Shown here: positions 34,858-44,935 of the stretch, piece after piece
Layout of the letters: every line of letters starts with the position of its first letter
Numbering within the stretch: position 1 is the first letter of the stretch
From: Patescibacteria group bacterium
GTDB taxonomy: Bacteria; Patescibacteriota; JACPGU01
Direction: 5' to 3'
Assembly (NCBI GenBank): GCA_022703645.1
Contig: JAKLDG010000001.1
Span: 507,918 to 571,917 of the forward strand
DNA length: 64,000 nucleotides
Translations under genes and position numbers: made by a program
The notes under the pieces: generated by a model
The model's input: the letters and a program-made list of their open reading frames with translations, nothing else
Told to the model about the DNA's origin: nothing
The model's database searches: none

Positions 34858-36987
34858 ATGAAAAAAACAAACATTTTTAGGCCTAGATCAGTTGCGGTTA
34901 TAGGCGCATCAAACAAACCCAAAAAGCTTGGTTTCCAAGTATTGAAAAATATTATTGATGGCGGATATTCCGGTAAGGTTTATCCCATAAATATTGATCA
35001 AAAAGTAAAAAAAATACTTGGACTAAAATCGTATACTTCAATTTCCAATATTAAAGGTAAGGTAGATATGGCCGTATTTCTGATTCCTGCCAAATTCGTT
35101 GCAGCTGCACTCGAAGAATGCGGAAAGAAAAGAATCAAATTAGCAGTTATAATTACCGCTGGCTTCAAAGAAGTTGGATCTGAAGGACTAGCGATGGAAA
35201 ATGAATTATTAAAAATCGCAAAAAAATATGGCGTTAAAATTCTCGGTCCAAACTGTCTTGGATATATAGATACCTCAATTAATCTTAATGCTTCATTTGC
35301 TCCATCCTATCCAAAAAAAGGAGGCGTTGCGGTAATCAGTCAATCTGGAGCAATCTGCACCGCAATTCTTGATTGGGCCAGTAAAAGTAATATTGGATTT
35401 TCAAAATTTTTTTCGCTAGGTAACAAACCCGATATAACGGAACTTGATCTGATATCCTATTTATCCAAGGATAATGAAACAAAAGTGATAATTGCTTATC
35501 TCGAGAATATAGCTGGGAATTCAAATGGCGGCGATTTTAGAAAAATAGCAAGCAACACAACTATAAAAAAACCAATAATTATATTAAAAGCTGGAACAAG
35601 CAGCAAAGGAGCAAGCGCAATATCTTCACATACTGGTTCTCTAGCGGGATCTGACCAGTCAATCACTGCGCTTTTCAAACAAAGCGGAGTTATACGAGCT
35701 TCATCACTGGAGGATATGTTTGATTGGGCGGAAAGTTTTGGCGCAGCAAAATTACCTGGTGGAAACCGCGTAGCAATTATTACAAATGCTGGCGGACCGG
35801 GAGTAATGACTACTGATGCGATAGAAGGAACACACCTCGAACTTGCAACACTTTCACAGGAAACTACTGAAAAGCTGAAAAAAACACTTCCATCATCTGC
35901 AAATACTCATAACCCAATCGATGTTATTGGAGATGCTGATGCAGTACGTTATAAAAATGCTTTAAATATTGTCGAAAAGGATGACGGCGTAGACTCTATC
36001 CTTGTATTACTCACTCCCCAAACTTCAACACAAATTACTGATACAGCAAAATTGGTAATAAAGAAAATTAAAAATTCCAATAAAACAATTATCCCAGTTT
36101 TTATGGGTGGTAGAAAAATAAATAAAGGAATTGATATTTTTGAAAAAAATTCTTTGGCGGTTTTCGAATATCCGGAAAGAGCTGTAAAGGCGCTGGAAAA
36201 AATTTCTTATTGTCAGTCTTGTGAAATGGGAATCAAAAAAATTTATAAACCAAAAAAAATATATATCAATAAAGCAAAGAAGCAAAAGATTGATAATATT
36301 CTTGTAAAATCTTTGCATGATTTTTCTGGTCGCCAAGCATTAATAGCCGGTGCAGAAGCCGATATTATAATAAAAAACTACGGATTAAATACTGTGAAGT
36401 CTGTTTTTGCAGCAACTCGCGCAAAAGCGATAGCAGAAAGCAATAAAATTGGTTACCCCGTTGTTATGAAAATCGATTCTCCTGATATTGTTCACAAAAG
36501 CGATGTTGGTGGTGTTATAGTCGGAATAAAAAACGAAACTGAAGCGGGCAGAGCTTATTCGCAAATTATGAAAAATGTTAAAAAAGTAAATCCGAAAGCA
36601 GTTATTAATGGCGTTGTTATTTACGAAATGATTTCCGGCGGAATGGATTTCTTTATTGGCGCAAAACGCGATCCGCTCTATGGGCCAATGATAGGTTTTG
36701 GTCTTGGTGGAATTTATCTTGAAGTTTTGAAAGATGTTACTTTCCGTCTCGCTCCCCTTTCAACCTTTGACATTGAAAAAATGATTGAAGAATTAAAATC
36801 AGTTAAAATTATTGAAGGAGCTCGCGGCAAAAAAGCGCTTAATAAAAAATGGATCATTGATGCAATGATTAAGGTTTCTAATTTGATGATAAACCATCCT
36901 CAAATATCAGAAATGGATATTAACCCATTCAAGGTTTACGAGGATCATACAATAGCTCTCGATAATCGGTTTATTTTAAATCAATAA
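34858..36987 (+). CDS. Acetate--CoA ligase (ADP-forming), fused alpha/beta subunits (NDP-forming acyl-CoA synthetase)
   Basis: N-terminal CoA-binding fold (RSVAVIGASNKPKKLGFQVLKNIIDGGYSGKVYPIN), a succinyl-CoA-synthetase-like ligase domain, and a C-terminal ATP-grasp domain; 709 aa. It matches the archaeal/CPR-type ADP-forming ACS. Confidence 0.8.
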   Translation: MKKTNIFRPRSVAVIGASNKPKKLGFQVLKNIIDGGYSGKVYPINIDQKVKKILGLKSYTSISNIKGKVDMAVFLIPAKFVAAALEECGKKRIKLAVIITAGFKEVGSEGLAMENELLKIAKKYGVKILGPNCLGYIDTSINLNASFAPSYPKKGGVAVISQSGAICTAILDWASKSNIGFSKFFSLGNKPDITELDLISYLSKDNETKVIIAYLENIAGNSNGGDFRKIASNTTIKKPIIILKAGTSSKGASAISSHTGSLAGSDQSITALFKQSGVIRASSLEDMFDWAESFGAAKLPGGNRVAIITNAGGPGVMTTDAIEGTHLELATLSQETTEKLKKTLPSSANTHNPIDVIGDADAVRYKNALNIVEKDDGVDSILVLLTPQTSTQITDTAKLVIKKIKNSNKTIIPVFMGGRKINKGIDIFEKNSLAVFEYPERAVKALEKISYCQSCEMGIKKIYKPKKIYINKAKKQKIDNILVKSLHDFSGRQALIAGAEADIIIKNYGLNTVKSVFAATRAKAIAESNKIGYPVVMKIDSPDIVHKSDVGGVIVGIKNETEAGRAYSQIMKNVKKVNPKAVINGVVIYEMISGGMDFFIGAKRDPLYGPMIGFGLGGIYLEVLKDVTFRLAPLSTFDIEKMIEELKSVKIIEGARGKKALNKKWIIDAMIKVSNLMINHPQISEMDINPFKVYEDHTIALDNRFILNQ

Positions 36988-37005
36988 AAAGACATGCTAG
37001 AAATT

Positions 37006-38706
37006 TTACTTCAAATCTTCTATCTTTAATTCAAGACTTTTCCTGCCGTTCCATTCGTTTTCAGAAATCTTATAAACTATATCCAGATCTTTGCCGTAAT
37101 AAAGTTGATCCCCCATTTCTCCGTGATTGAAAAGTATCGCCGAAAATTCTTTGCCATCTTTGGTTAGCTTTAATTTTGTATGAGTCGCATCTTTGCCTAC
37201 TTTTTTTGCTTCTTTCACTTTCACTCCATAAGTGACAAATAATGGTTCGTTATTTCCATGACCAAAAGGTTCAAACTTTTTAATTTCCTTGAAAAGTTGC
37301 TGAGTAATTTCTTTGAATTCAATTTCTTTTTCGATGTCTAAAACGGATACCAGCTCTTCTTCTTTTAATTTATTCCTTCCATATTGCAAAACCTGCATTT
37401 CAAAAAGTTCATAATTTTCACTTTTTAATGAAAATCCCCCGGCGCCTCGATGGCCCCCGTAATTTATAAAAATCTTTTCGAATATTCTTAATGTTTCAAC
37501 CACATTTAGATCCACACTTGAACGAACGGAACCCTTTATAACCCCTGCTTCTTCCGCCATGCAAAAAACGGGACGGGAAAATTCCTCGCTAATTCTTCCA
37601 GCAATCAAGCCAATAATTCCTGAAGTCCATTTTTCATCTTTCAGTAGCATAATATTTTCAATTTTTTCCGTAGAATACCTTTTCCTCAAGATATCCATAT
37701 TATGCAATATAGTATCCTGTCTTTCGTGATTTAGCTTATCAAGCTTCATTGCCAGAACTCCTGCCTCACCCTCATCTGTCGCAAGAAGCAATTCCAGAGC
37801 TGTTGCCGCATGCGCCATTCTTCCGGCAGCATTGAGCCTCGGAGCGATTTGGAAACCAACCATATATGGATCAGAATTTTTAAAATCGATTCCCGCTACT
37901 TTTTCCAAAGCCTTCAATCCCACATTGCGAGTTTTTGTCAGAACCACTAAACCAAAATGCGCTATTATTCTGTTTTCATCTATTAGGGGTACGATATCTG
38001 ATATTGTTCCCAACGCGACTAGATCCAGGTACCATTTCAAATACCCAGGACTTATAACTTCTTTCTTCTTTTTCTTATTAATTTCGGCCACAAGAGCGCA
38101 AACCAATTTGAATGCGACTCCCACACCAGCGAGATCGCGAAAAGGATATTTGGAATCTTTCCTTTTAGGGTTCACAACAGCCACAGCATTCGGCAATACA
38201 TTTGGCACTTCGTGATGATCAGTAATTACCGTATCAATCCCCTTCTTTTTTGCATATGCGACTTCCTCTTTATTGCTAACTCCATTGTCTACTGTAATTA
38301 TCAAATCTGTTTTTTTGTTTTTAAGAAAATCGATAGCTTTTTTATTCAATCCATAACCTTCCTGCATCCTATGAGGAATATAGAAACTCACCTTAGCTTT
38401 CAATTTTTCTAAAATATTGTAGACAACGGCGGTTGATGTAATACCATCTACATCATAGTCGCCGAATATCACTATATTCTCATTTTTGTTTAATGCCTCG
38501 ATAGTTCTCTTTACCGCTTTATCCATGTCCTTGAGCAAAAATGGATCATACATCTCATCGTACTTCGGATCAAAAAACTTTTCCGCTTCTTTTTTATTTT
38601 TAATACCACGATTGAAAAGCATCTGCACTACAATATCATCCCAGCCTTTAAATTGTTCTTTGTATTTATCATCCGCCAAATTTTGAATATTCCATCCTTT
38701 TTCCAT
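37006..38706 (-). CDS. recJ: Single-stranded-DNA-specific exonuclease RecJ
   Basis: DHH-family motifs (IVIFGDYDVDGITSTAV; TVDNGVS; VITDHHE) and a DHHA1 region (GGHRGAGG). Confidence 0.85.
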   Translation of the reverse strand: MEKGWNIQNLADDKYKEQFKGWDDIVVQMLFNRGIKNKKEAEKFFDPKYDEMYDPFLLKDMDKAVKRTIEALNKNENIVIFGDYDVDGITSTAVVYNILEKLKAKVSFYIPHRMQEGYGLNKKAIDFLKNKKTDLIITVDNGVSNKEEVAYAKKKGIDTVITDHHEVPNVLPNAVAVVNPKRKDSKYPFRDLAGVGVAFKLVCALVAEINKKKKKEVISPGYLKWYLDLVALGTISDIVPLIDENRIIAHFGLVVLTKTRNVGLKALEKVAGIDFKNSDPYMVGFQIAPRLNAAGRMAHAATALELLLATDEGEAGVLAMKLDKLNHERQDTILHNMDILRKRYSTEKIENIMLLKDEKWTSGIIGLIAGRISEEFSRPVFCMAEEAGVIKGSVRSSVDLNVVETLRIFEKIFINYGGHRGAGGFSLKSENYELFEMQVLQYGRNKLKEEELVSVLDIEKEIEFKEITQQLFKEIKKFEPFGHGNNEPLFVTYGVKVKEAKKVGKDATHTKLKLTKDGKEFSAILFNHGEMGDQLYYGKDLDIVYKISENEWNGRKSLELKIEDLK

Positions 38707-38774
38707 ACTTCTATATTAAACAAAAAAACAAAGCTCGAATAGCCTTGTTTTTAATGATATAAATTGCATAATAG

Positions 38775-39650
38775 CTATTTCACAATTACTCTTCCATTTA
38801 CCGAAAGGATAACATATTCATTTATTTTTTCACCTTGCTGATAAATTTTTGCAAGCTTATCGAGTTGTTCCGAAGCATCAGCAGTCGTGTCAAAAATAAT
38901 ATAAATTGGTTTTTTATCTTTTATTACATTTGCACGAAGTTCAAACGTCGTCTGTGTAATAGAATAGTTTACCACATTGAGCCCAAATCTTTTTTTCAAT
39001 GATTCATCCACGATGTTTACAAAATCGATAAAATCAGTAGCTACTATTTTCGAATCAGTTTTCACAGGCGCCTGAGCCAGGTCTACAACTATAGGCATCT
39101 TCACATCCTCTTTGACTTCTGAAATTACTACACCCTGATTATCGAGTAAATACTTCCGTTCTCCGGTCTGCCAAATTAATGTAGTTGGTTTTTCTTGGAT
39201 TTTTATTTTTAGTTGTGCTGGAAAAACTTTGTATACTCGTACATCGTCGATTCTTTTATAATAATCAATTAGCACGCTTCTAACTTGATTGGAATTTATT
39301 AAAAAAAGATTTTTATTTTTAACATTTCTATCTTCCAGAAATTTCACAACATCGCTTTCCAATAAAATCTGGTTATTTACAACAATAATCTTTTTAATTT
39401 TAAAAACATTCGAAAATAAAGCAACATAGGCGATGCCAGCCAAAAGTAATATTACTAATAATATCTTTGTAAATGAGATGTAAATGTTTTTTTCCGGTCT
39501 TCCATAAACCTCATTTGCATAATGAGCAGGAACATTACCTGCGCGCGATCTTACACGAAAAACTAAGGCCGCCCTTTTTTTTGGCGCACCTTTATAAATT
39601 TCTACTCTTTGAGATCTAGGCGTTTTGTTTTTGTTTCTTTTGAATAACAT
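38775..39650 (-). CDS. ftsQ: Cell division protein FtsQ/DivIB (POTRA domain)
   Basis: Basic N-terminus plus a single TM (ILLVILLLAGIAYVALF), then a POTRA-like segment. It sits directly after murC in the dcw cluster. Confidence 0.6.
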   Translation of the reverse strand: MLFKRNKNKTPRSQRVEIYKGAPKKRAALVFRVRSRAGNVPAHYANEVYGRPEKNIYISFTKILLVILLLAGIAYVALFSNVFKIKKIIVVNNQILLESDVVKFLEDRNVKNKNLFLINSNQVRSVLIDYYKRIDDVRVYKVFPAQLKIKIQEKPTTLIWQTGERKYLLDNQGVVISEVKEDVKMPIVVDLAQAPVKTDSKIVATDFIDFVNIVDESLKKRFGLNVVNYSITQTTFELRANVIKDKKPIYIIFDTTADASEQLDKLAKIYQQGEKINEYVILSVNGRVIVK

Positions 39651-39684
39651 ATTAATAACTTTTTAACTTTCTACTTTATAACTT

Positions 39685-41157
39685 TTAACTTTTCCTGAGA
39701 TATTCTTCTCCGATCTTATATACATTACTCGCTCCAATAGTCATTATAACAGAATCTTTCTTGGTATTTTTTTTGAGATATTCAACAACCTTATCATAAC
39801 CCGGGACATATATAGCTTCCGCCCCATTGCTATTTATCTCATCAACTAGATCGGCAGCTGTGATTTTCTTTCTGTCTTCCTCTGAATCGCGAACAGAATA
39901 TATATCCGGAATTATCACCAAGTCTGCGTTGCCGAAAGCAGCGCCAAATTCCTTTTTTAATAAATATGTTCTACTATACTGATGCGGTTCAAAAACTGCA
40001 ATTATTTTTTTACCCTTGTAAAATCTCCTTGCGCCCTCCAAGGCTGATTTAATTTCAGTTGGATGATGCGCATAATCATCTACAACTATTATTCCATTCT
40101 TTTCTCCTTTTATCTGAAATCTTCTGTTGGTGCCTTCAAAAGTTTTTAGAAATTCTTTTATTGTTTTTATATCTACACCCAAATAGCTCGCAACGATTAT
40201 CGCGGCACAAGCATCAGACACATTATGTTTTCCCGGAATGCGTAAAATAAATTCACCGAGATCCTTGCCTTCAGATAAAGAAAAACGCGTTTCCCCATCC
40301 CCTTGCAGAATATCTTCCACTTCCCAGTACTCATCGATTACATCATCCTGCATTCGATTTTTTGAACCGAAACCATATGCAAAAACTTTGCACTTTGCTT
40401 CCTTTGCGACTTCAAGATTATTCTTGTCATCTGCCGATATCACGAGTAATCCATCTTTTGGCAGATGACGCACGAATTCTTTGAAAGCATTTTTAATTTC
40501 AACAATGTCCCGATAATAATCCAGATGGTCCGCCTCGATATTTGTAATAACAGCGATCCTGGGATATAGATCAAGAAAAGATCTATCGTACTCACAGGCT
40601 TCAGCAACAAAATATTCTCCGCGACCAGCCAAATAATTTCCTCCAATATTTTTTACTTCACCGCCAATCATCGCAACCGGATCCATACCAGCATTTTCAA
40701 GAATCAAAGATATCATTGTGGTTGTAGTAGTTTTGCCATGCGTACCGGAAATCGCTATTCCTTTTTTTAGATTCATTATTTTACCCAGAACGAATGAGCG
40801 CTTTACTATTGGTATACCGAACTTTAAAGCTTTCTCAATTTCTGGATTATTTTTTGGAATTGCTGATGAAATTATTATAATATCCGTGCCCTCGTCTAAA
40901 TTCTTTGCATCGTGCCCGATATAAGTTTTTATATCGCTATCATTTAATTTGTCAGTTAATGCAGACCTGGTCATGTCCGAACCAGAAACTCTAAAACCCA
41001 TACTTTTCATAATATGCGCTAATCCGCTCATCCCAATACCACCAATACCAATAAAATAACACTTGCTACGAGTATTATTAAAAATCTTATCGTAAGGATT
41101 AAAAAATAATCTAATTCTCTTTTTTACCGCGCCATTGACTTTTGTAATTATATTCAT
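39685..41157 (-). CDS. murC: UDP-N-acetylmuramate--L-alanine ligase
   Basis: YFIGIGGIGMSGLAHIM...GFRVSGSD and the GTHGKTTTT P-loop. The Mur ligase middle and C-terminal domains are present. Confidence 0.9.
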   Translation of the reverse strand: MNIITKVNGAVKKRIRLFFNPYDKIFNNTRSKCYFIGIGGIGMSGLAHIMKSMGFRVSGSDMTRSALTDKLNDSDIKTYIGHDAKNLDEGTDIIIISSAIPKNNPEIEKALKFGIPIVKRSFVLGKIMNLKKGIAISGTHGKTTTTTMISLILENAGMDPVAMIGGEVKNIGGNYLAGRGEYFVAEACEYDRSFLDLYPRIAVITNIEADHLDYYRDIVEIKNAFKEFVRHLPKDGLLVISADDKNNLEVAKEAKCKVFAYGFGSKNRMQDDVIDEYWEVEDILQGDGETRFSLSEGKDLGEFILRIPGKHNVSDACAAIIVASYLGVDIKTIKEFLKTFEGTNRRFQIKGEKNGIIVVDDYAHHPTEIKSALEGARRFYKGKKIIAVFEPHQYSRTYLLKKEFGAAFGNADLVIIPDIYSVRDSEEDRKKITAADLVDEINSNGAEAIYVPGYDKVVEYLKKNTKKDSVIMTIGASNVYKIGEEYLRKS

Positions 41158-41301
41158 AAAAAAATTTTATTATACCAGAATATTTTAGCAGAAATAAGGT
41201 AAAGTTGCAAAAAATTTTCAATTTTCATTTCTCAATTTTCATTGAATTTTCAATGATTCAATTCTATAATTTGGAAAATTGAAAATTGTAAAATTGAAAA
41301 T

Positions 41302-42423
41302 TTATTTGGATATTTCCTTGATTATTTCTTCCGCAATGATTTTACTGCTATTTTCAGGAAAAATACTTTCCATATTTTTTATCATTCTATTTCTTGTCTT
41401 CTTGTCTTTAATCATAAAATCAATCTCTTCTAAAAATTTTTCGCCATCCAAAAATTTTTCATCCAAAATCGAGGCAACGCCAATTTCTTTTAAAAATTGA
41501 GCGTTCATACTTTGATGATCAGCCGCAGCAGAAGGTAGCGGTATAATTATCGCAATCTTTTTTAAAGCAATTATTTCCGCGATTGAATTTGCTCCAGCAC
41601 GTGAAACAACCAGATCTGCATTCGCCATCATTTCCCCCATTTCTTCTCCTATGTGTGAATAGATAAGATAATCTTTGCGATCCTTCTCGTCCAATTCAAA
41701 ATATCCTTGTTTGAAATAATTCGCTTCTTTCACGCCAGTCTGATGAATTAAAACATATTTTGCAACTAATTTATCTAAAATCTCATTTATGTGCTTGTTT
41801 ATTGCGCTCGAACCCTGTGATCCTCCAAAAACAAAAACTATGGGCTTCTTTGGATTAAGACCATACTTTTTATAAAACTTTTGTTTATTTTCTACTATTG
41901 ATGAAATTTCTTCTCTAACAGGATTTCCGGTAAAAACACATTTCCCTATTGGTAAGTTCTGGTATTCTTCAACAGGAAATCCTAGATAAATCTTTTTTGC
42001 AAACCGCAAAAGTATTTTATTTGAAAGCCCCAAGATGGAATCTGATTCGTGTATTAAAAATGGAATTCTCAGTAATGCTGCAGCCATACAGAGTGGAACG
42101 GTTACGAAACCGCCTTTGGCAAAAATAATTTTCGGTCGATTTAAAAGTAGAATAAAAATAGATTGGATAAAGCCAAGCGCAATAAGTAATAAATCTGTAT
42201 AATTACGCCAGTTGCCATATCTTCGCCATTTACCGGCAAATATTCCTTTATATCTAATTCCCCTCGAAAGAACGATTCTTTTTTCAATACCAAAAAATCT
42301 TCCAATATAAATAAAATCGATATCTATTCCCTTCTTTTTAGATATCTTCATAAGATCATCTATTATCGCTATATTTGGCAGTACATGACCTCCCGTACCA
42401 CCACCAACAAAAATTATCTTCAT
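41302..42423 (-). CDS. murG: Undecaprenyldiphospho-muramoylpentapeptide beta-N-acetylglucosaminyltransferase (GT28)
   Basis: MKIIFVGGGTGGHVLP (G-loop). C-terminal GT28 motifs (VSRAGANSIAEI...) are present, in the canonical position between ftsW and murC. Confidence 0.9.
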   Translation of the reverse strand: MKIIFVGGGTGGHVLPNIAIIDDLMKISKKKGIDIDFIYIGRFFGIEKRIVLSRGIRYKGIFAGKWRRYGNWRNYTDLLLIALGFIQSIFILLLNRPKIIFAKGGFVTVPLCMAAALLRIPFLIHESDSILGLSNKILLRFAKKIYLGFPVEEYQNLPIGKCVFTGNPVREEISSIVENKQKFYKKYGLNPKKPIVFVFGGSQGSSAINKHINEILDKLVAKYVLIHQTGVKEANYFKQGYFELDEKDRKDYLIYSHIGEEMGEMMANADLVVSRAGANSIAEIIALKKIAIIIPLPSAAADHQSMNAQFLKEIGVASILDEKFLDGEKFLEEIDFMIKDKKTRNRMIKNMESIFPENSSKIIAEEIIKEISK

Positions 42424-42448
42424 TTTGTTTTATTGATTTCTTGATTAA

Positions 42449-43564
42449 TTATTTATTCTGGTACTTCGATACATTAAGTAAAATTCCTGATGCAAATAAA
42501 ATCATCACAAGTGATGTACCTCCATTGCTGATAAATGGTAGTGGCACTCCAGTTAAAGGAGCTAGAGCGACCATTGTTGAAATATTTAATATGGCTTGAA
42601 ATATCACCCAGCTGGTTATACCAAACGCAACTAACTTACCAAAATAATCTGTGCATTTATTCGCAATCGTATAGCCGCGCCAAGCAAAAAGCGTAAAAAG
42701 TAGAATCGGCATTGCAACGATTTTCAAAAAACCAAGCTCTTCCGCTATTATCGCAAAAGCTGAATCCCCTGCAGCTTCAGGAATATATCCAGTATATTTT
42801 TGTCCTGATTTTCCAAATCCTCTTCCCCAAAACCCACCTGAACCTACAGCTATTAAAGCTTGATTTACGTGGAATCCTATTCCGAGCGGATCCTTCTCTG
42901 GATCCAAGAAAACTAATAGCCTTTGCATTCTATAGGTCGATTTTTTAATCATTATTAAAATTCCAATTCCACCAATACCAAGAACTGAAGCTATGTATGT
43001 TAACCGCAAACCCGCCACAAAATACATTGCTATACTAACACTCCCAATTACAAGGAAAGTCCCAAGATCCGGCTGTTTCAACATCATCGCAGCAGTTAAT
43101 ATGATTAAAACACAAAAAGGAATGAAGGTTCGTTTAAAAGAATTTACATCTTTCCGATGAGTATCAAAATACGTAGCCGCATAAAGTATTATTGAAAGCT
43201 TTAATACTTCTGATGGCTGAAATAGCGTAAAGCCAAGGTTTATCCATCTCGTAGCACCATTATAGTGAAAACCCACTCCTGGAATAAAAACCGCTGCAGT
43301 TAACACAAATGAAATAACAAAAAGAGGCAAAGCAATCTTTTTCCAAAAATGATAATCGATTTTTTGCGCTACAAACCAAGCCGCTATACCCATAGCCGCA
43401 AAAACCAATTGTTTATATAGATATGTATTGGGATTGCCGAAGTTTTCAAAACTAATAACTGATGAAACGGATGATAACATTATCAAACCAAAACCAACCA
43501 AAGCAAAAGTAACTAAGGTTAAAATCAAATCAACTTGTGGTTTTTTGAAACGATTAGTTATCAT
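42449..43564 (-). CDS. ftsW: SEDS-family peptidoglycan glycosyltransferase / lipid II flippase FtsW
   Basis: 10-TM FtsW/RodA/SpoVE architecture with conserved ...PDLGT... and C-terminal PLPFISNGGTS motifs. It holds the ftsW position in the dcw cluster. Confidence 0.85.
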   Translation of the reverse strand: MITNRFKKPQVDLILTLVTFALVGFGLIMLSSVSSVISFENFGNPNTYLYKQLVFAAMGIAAWFVAQKIDYHFWKKIALPLFVISFVLTAAVFIPGVGFHYNGATRWINLGFTLFQPSEVLKLSIILYAATYFDTHRKDVNSFKRTFIPFCVLIILTAAMMLKQPDLGTFLVIGSVSIAMYFVAGLRLTYIASVLGIGGIGILIMIKKSTYRMQRLLVFLDPEKDPLGIGFHVNQALIAVGSGGFWGRGFGKSGQKYTGYIPEAAGDSAFAIIAEELGFLKIVAMPILLFTLFAWRGYTIANKCTDYFGKLVAFGITSWVIFQAILNISTMVALAPLTGVPLPFISNGGTSLVMILFASGILLNVSKYQNK

Positions 43565-43615
43565 ATTATTTTGAATTTTAAATTTTGGATTTGTTTAGAA
43601 ATTAGATATTAGGAT

Positions 43616-44935
43616 TTAGGATTTTAATTCAAAAACTTGTTTTTTGAATTGGTCTCCTCTATCAAATTCATTATTAAACAAATTAAAACTTGCGCCTCCC
43701 GGAGATAATAAAATTATATCATTTTTTGCTGAAATTGAGTATGCCTTTTGTACCGCCTCTTTCATCGACGAAACATCAAAAAGCGGTACTGATTTTTTGA
43801 ATTTCTTTTTTATAATATCCGAAAAAGTTCCCGGCAACATCACGACACGGATGTTGCGCTGATTAATGATATCAGCAAGCTCATCAACTTCTTCACCAAA
43901 ACCCTTATCTATCCCACCCATAATTAAAATGGGGTTTTCAAATCGTTTCAGCGAGTAAATTATTGACAGCGGATGGGTAGCAGTAGTGTCATTTATAAAT
44001 CTTCTGCCATGTAATTCTTTTATAAATTCTTGGCGCCCCTCCAGACCCTTGAAGCTTTTCTTAATGTGAGCAATTGACGTATCGCTAATTCCAAATTTTT
44101 CTGCTATTATTTTTAAAACTTCTTCTGGCTTATCTTTATCAAAAATACTTATATCGCTTTTTACATTTTTTGTAAGTTTTTTTAATTCATTAGGGATTAT
44201 GAGCATATCGCCCTTTTTCTGATATTTAAATATGAGCGTCTTCGCTTCTTCGTATTTTTTGAAAGTTCCATGAAAATTTATATGCTCCGGATAAATATTT
44301 GTTAATACGGATATATTTGGAGAAACTTTTGCGTACCTCGCATGATCGAGTTGAAAACTTGAAAGCTCCAAAACAACTATCGATTTTCCATCAGCCTGTT
44401 GTAAACAATCAAATACTGATTTGCGAATATTCCCTCCTAAAAAAACCTTATTAAATTTCGAAAGATTAATTCCTGATTTCTTGTTTTTTTGTTTCCTTGT
44501 TTTCTTGATTTCTTGTTTTAAGAGTTCATAGATTAACGCGGTTAAAGTTGATTTACCTTTTGTTCCGGTAACTCCGATTTTGAAAGCAGGAGAATTTTCG
44601 AAAAATATTCCAACATCGTTTTCTATTTTAACTTTTGCTTTTTTCGCAATTTTCAAAAACTTATTATCATCTTTTATCGCAGGCCCGCGAATAATGAAAT
44701 CTTGCGTTTTAAAATCTTCTTCACGATGCTCCCCGAAATGATAAGTAATATTTTTAAATTTTTTTAATTTTGCAATTGAAGCTTTTAACTCAATCTTACT
44801 CTTTGAATCTATTACTAAAACATTGGCACCAAGTTTTGCAAAAAAACTCGCGCTTCCGATCCCCCCGCCATGAAGCCCAAGCCCCCAGACAAGAACTTTT
44901 TTACCCTTATACTTTTTGATTAAATTATTTTTCAT
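43616..44935 (-). CDS. murD: UDP-N-acetylmuramoylalanine--D-glutamate ligase
   Basis: N-terminal Rossmann motif (VLVWGLGLHGGGIGSASFFAKLGANV) and P-loop GVTGTKGKST. It contains a Lys-rich insertion (KQEIKKTRKQKNKKSG) encoded by a leader-like AACAAGAAATCA motif repeated twice. Confidence 0.85.
   Translation of the reverse strand: MKNNLIKKYKGKKVLVWGLGLHGGGIGSASFFAKLGANVLVIDSKSKIELKASIAKLKKFKNITYHFGEHREEDFKTQDFIIRGPAIKDDNKFLKIAKKAKVKIENDVGIFFENSPAFKIGVTGTKGKSTLTALIYELLKQEIKKTRKQKNKKSGINLSKFNKVFLGGNIRKSVFDCLQQADGKSIVVLELSSFQLDHARYAKVSPNISVLTNIYPEHINFHGTFKKYEEAKTLIFKYQKKGDMLIIPNELKKLTKNVKSDISIFDKDKPEEVLKIIAEKFGISDTSIAHIKKSFKGLEGRQEFIKELHGRRFINDTTATHPLSIIYSLKRFENPILIMGGIDKGFGEEVDELADIINQRNIRVVMLPGTFSDIIKKKFKKSVPLFDVSSMKEAVQKAYSISAKNDIILLSPGGASFNLFNNEFDRGDQFKKQVFELKS

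Noticed and set aside
37832-38412. + strand ORFs (127 and 66 aa) inside recJ
   Set aside because: Antisense to recJ (DHH motifs). No support.
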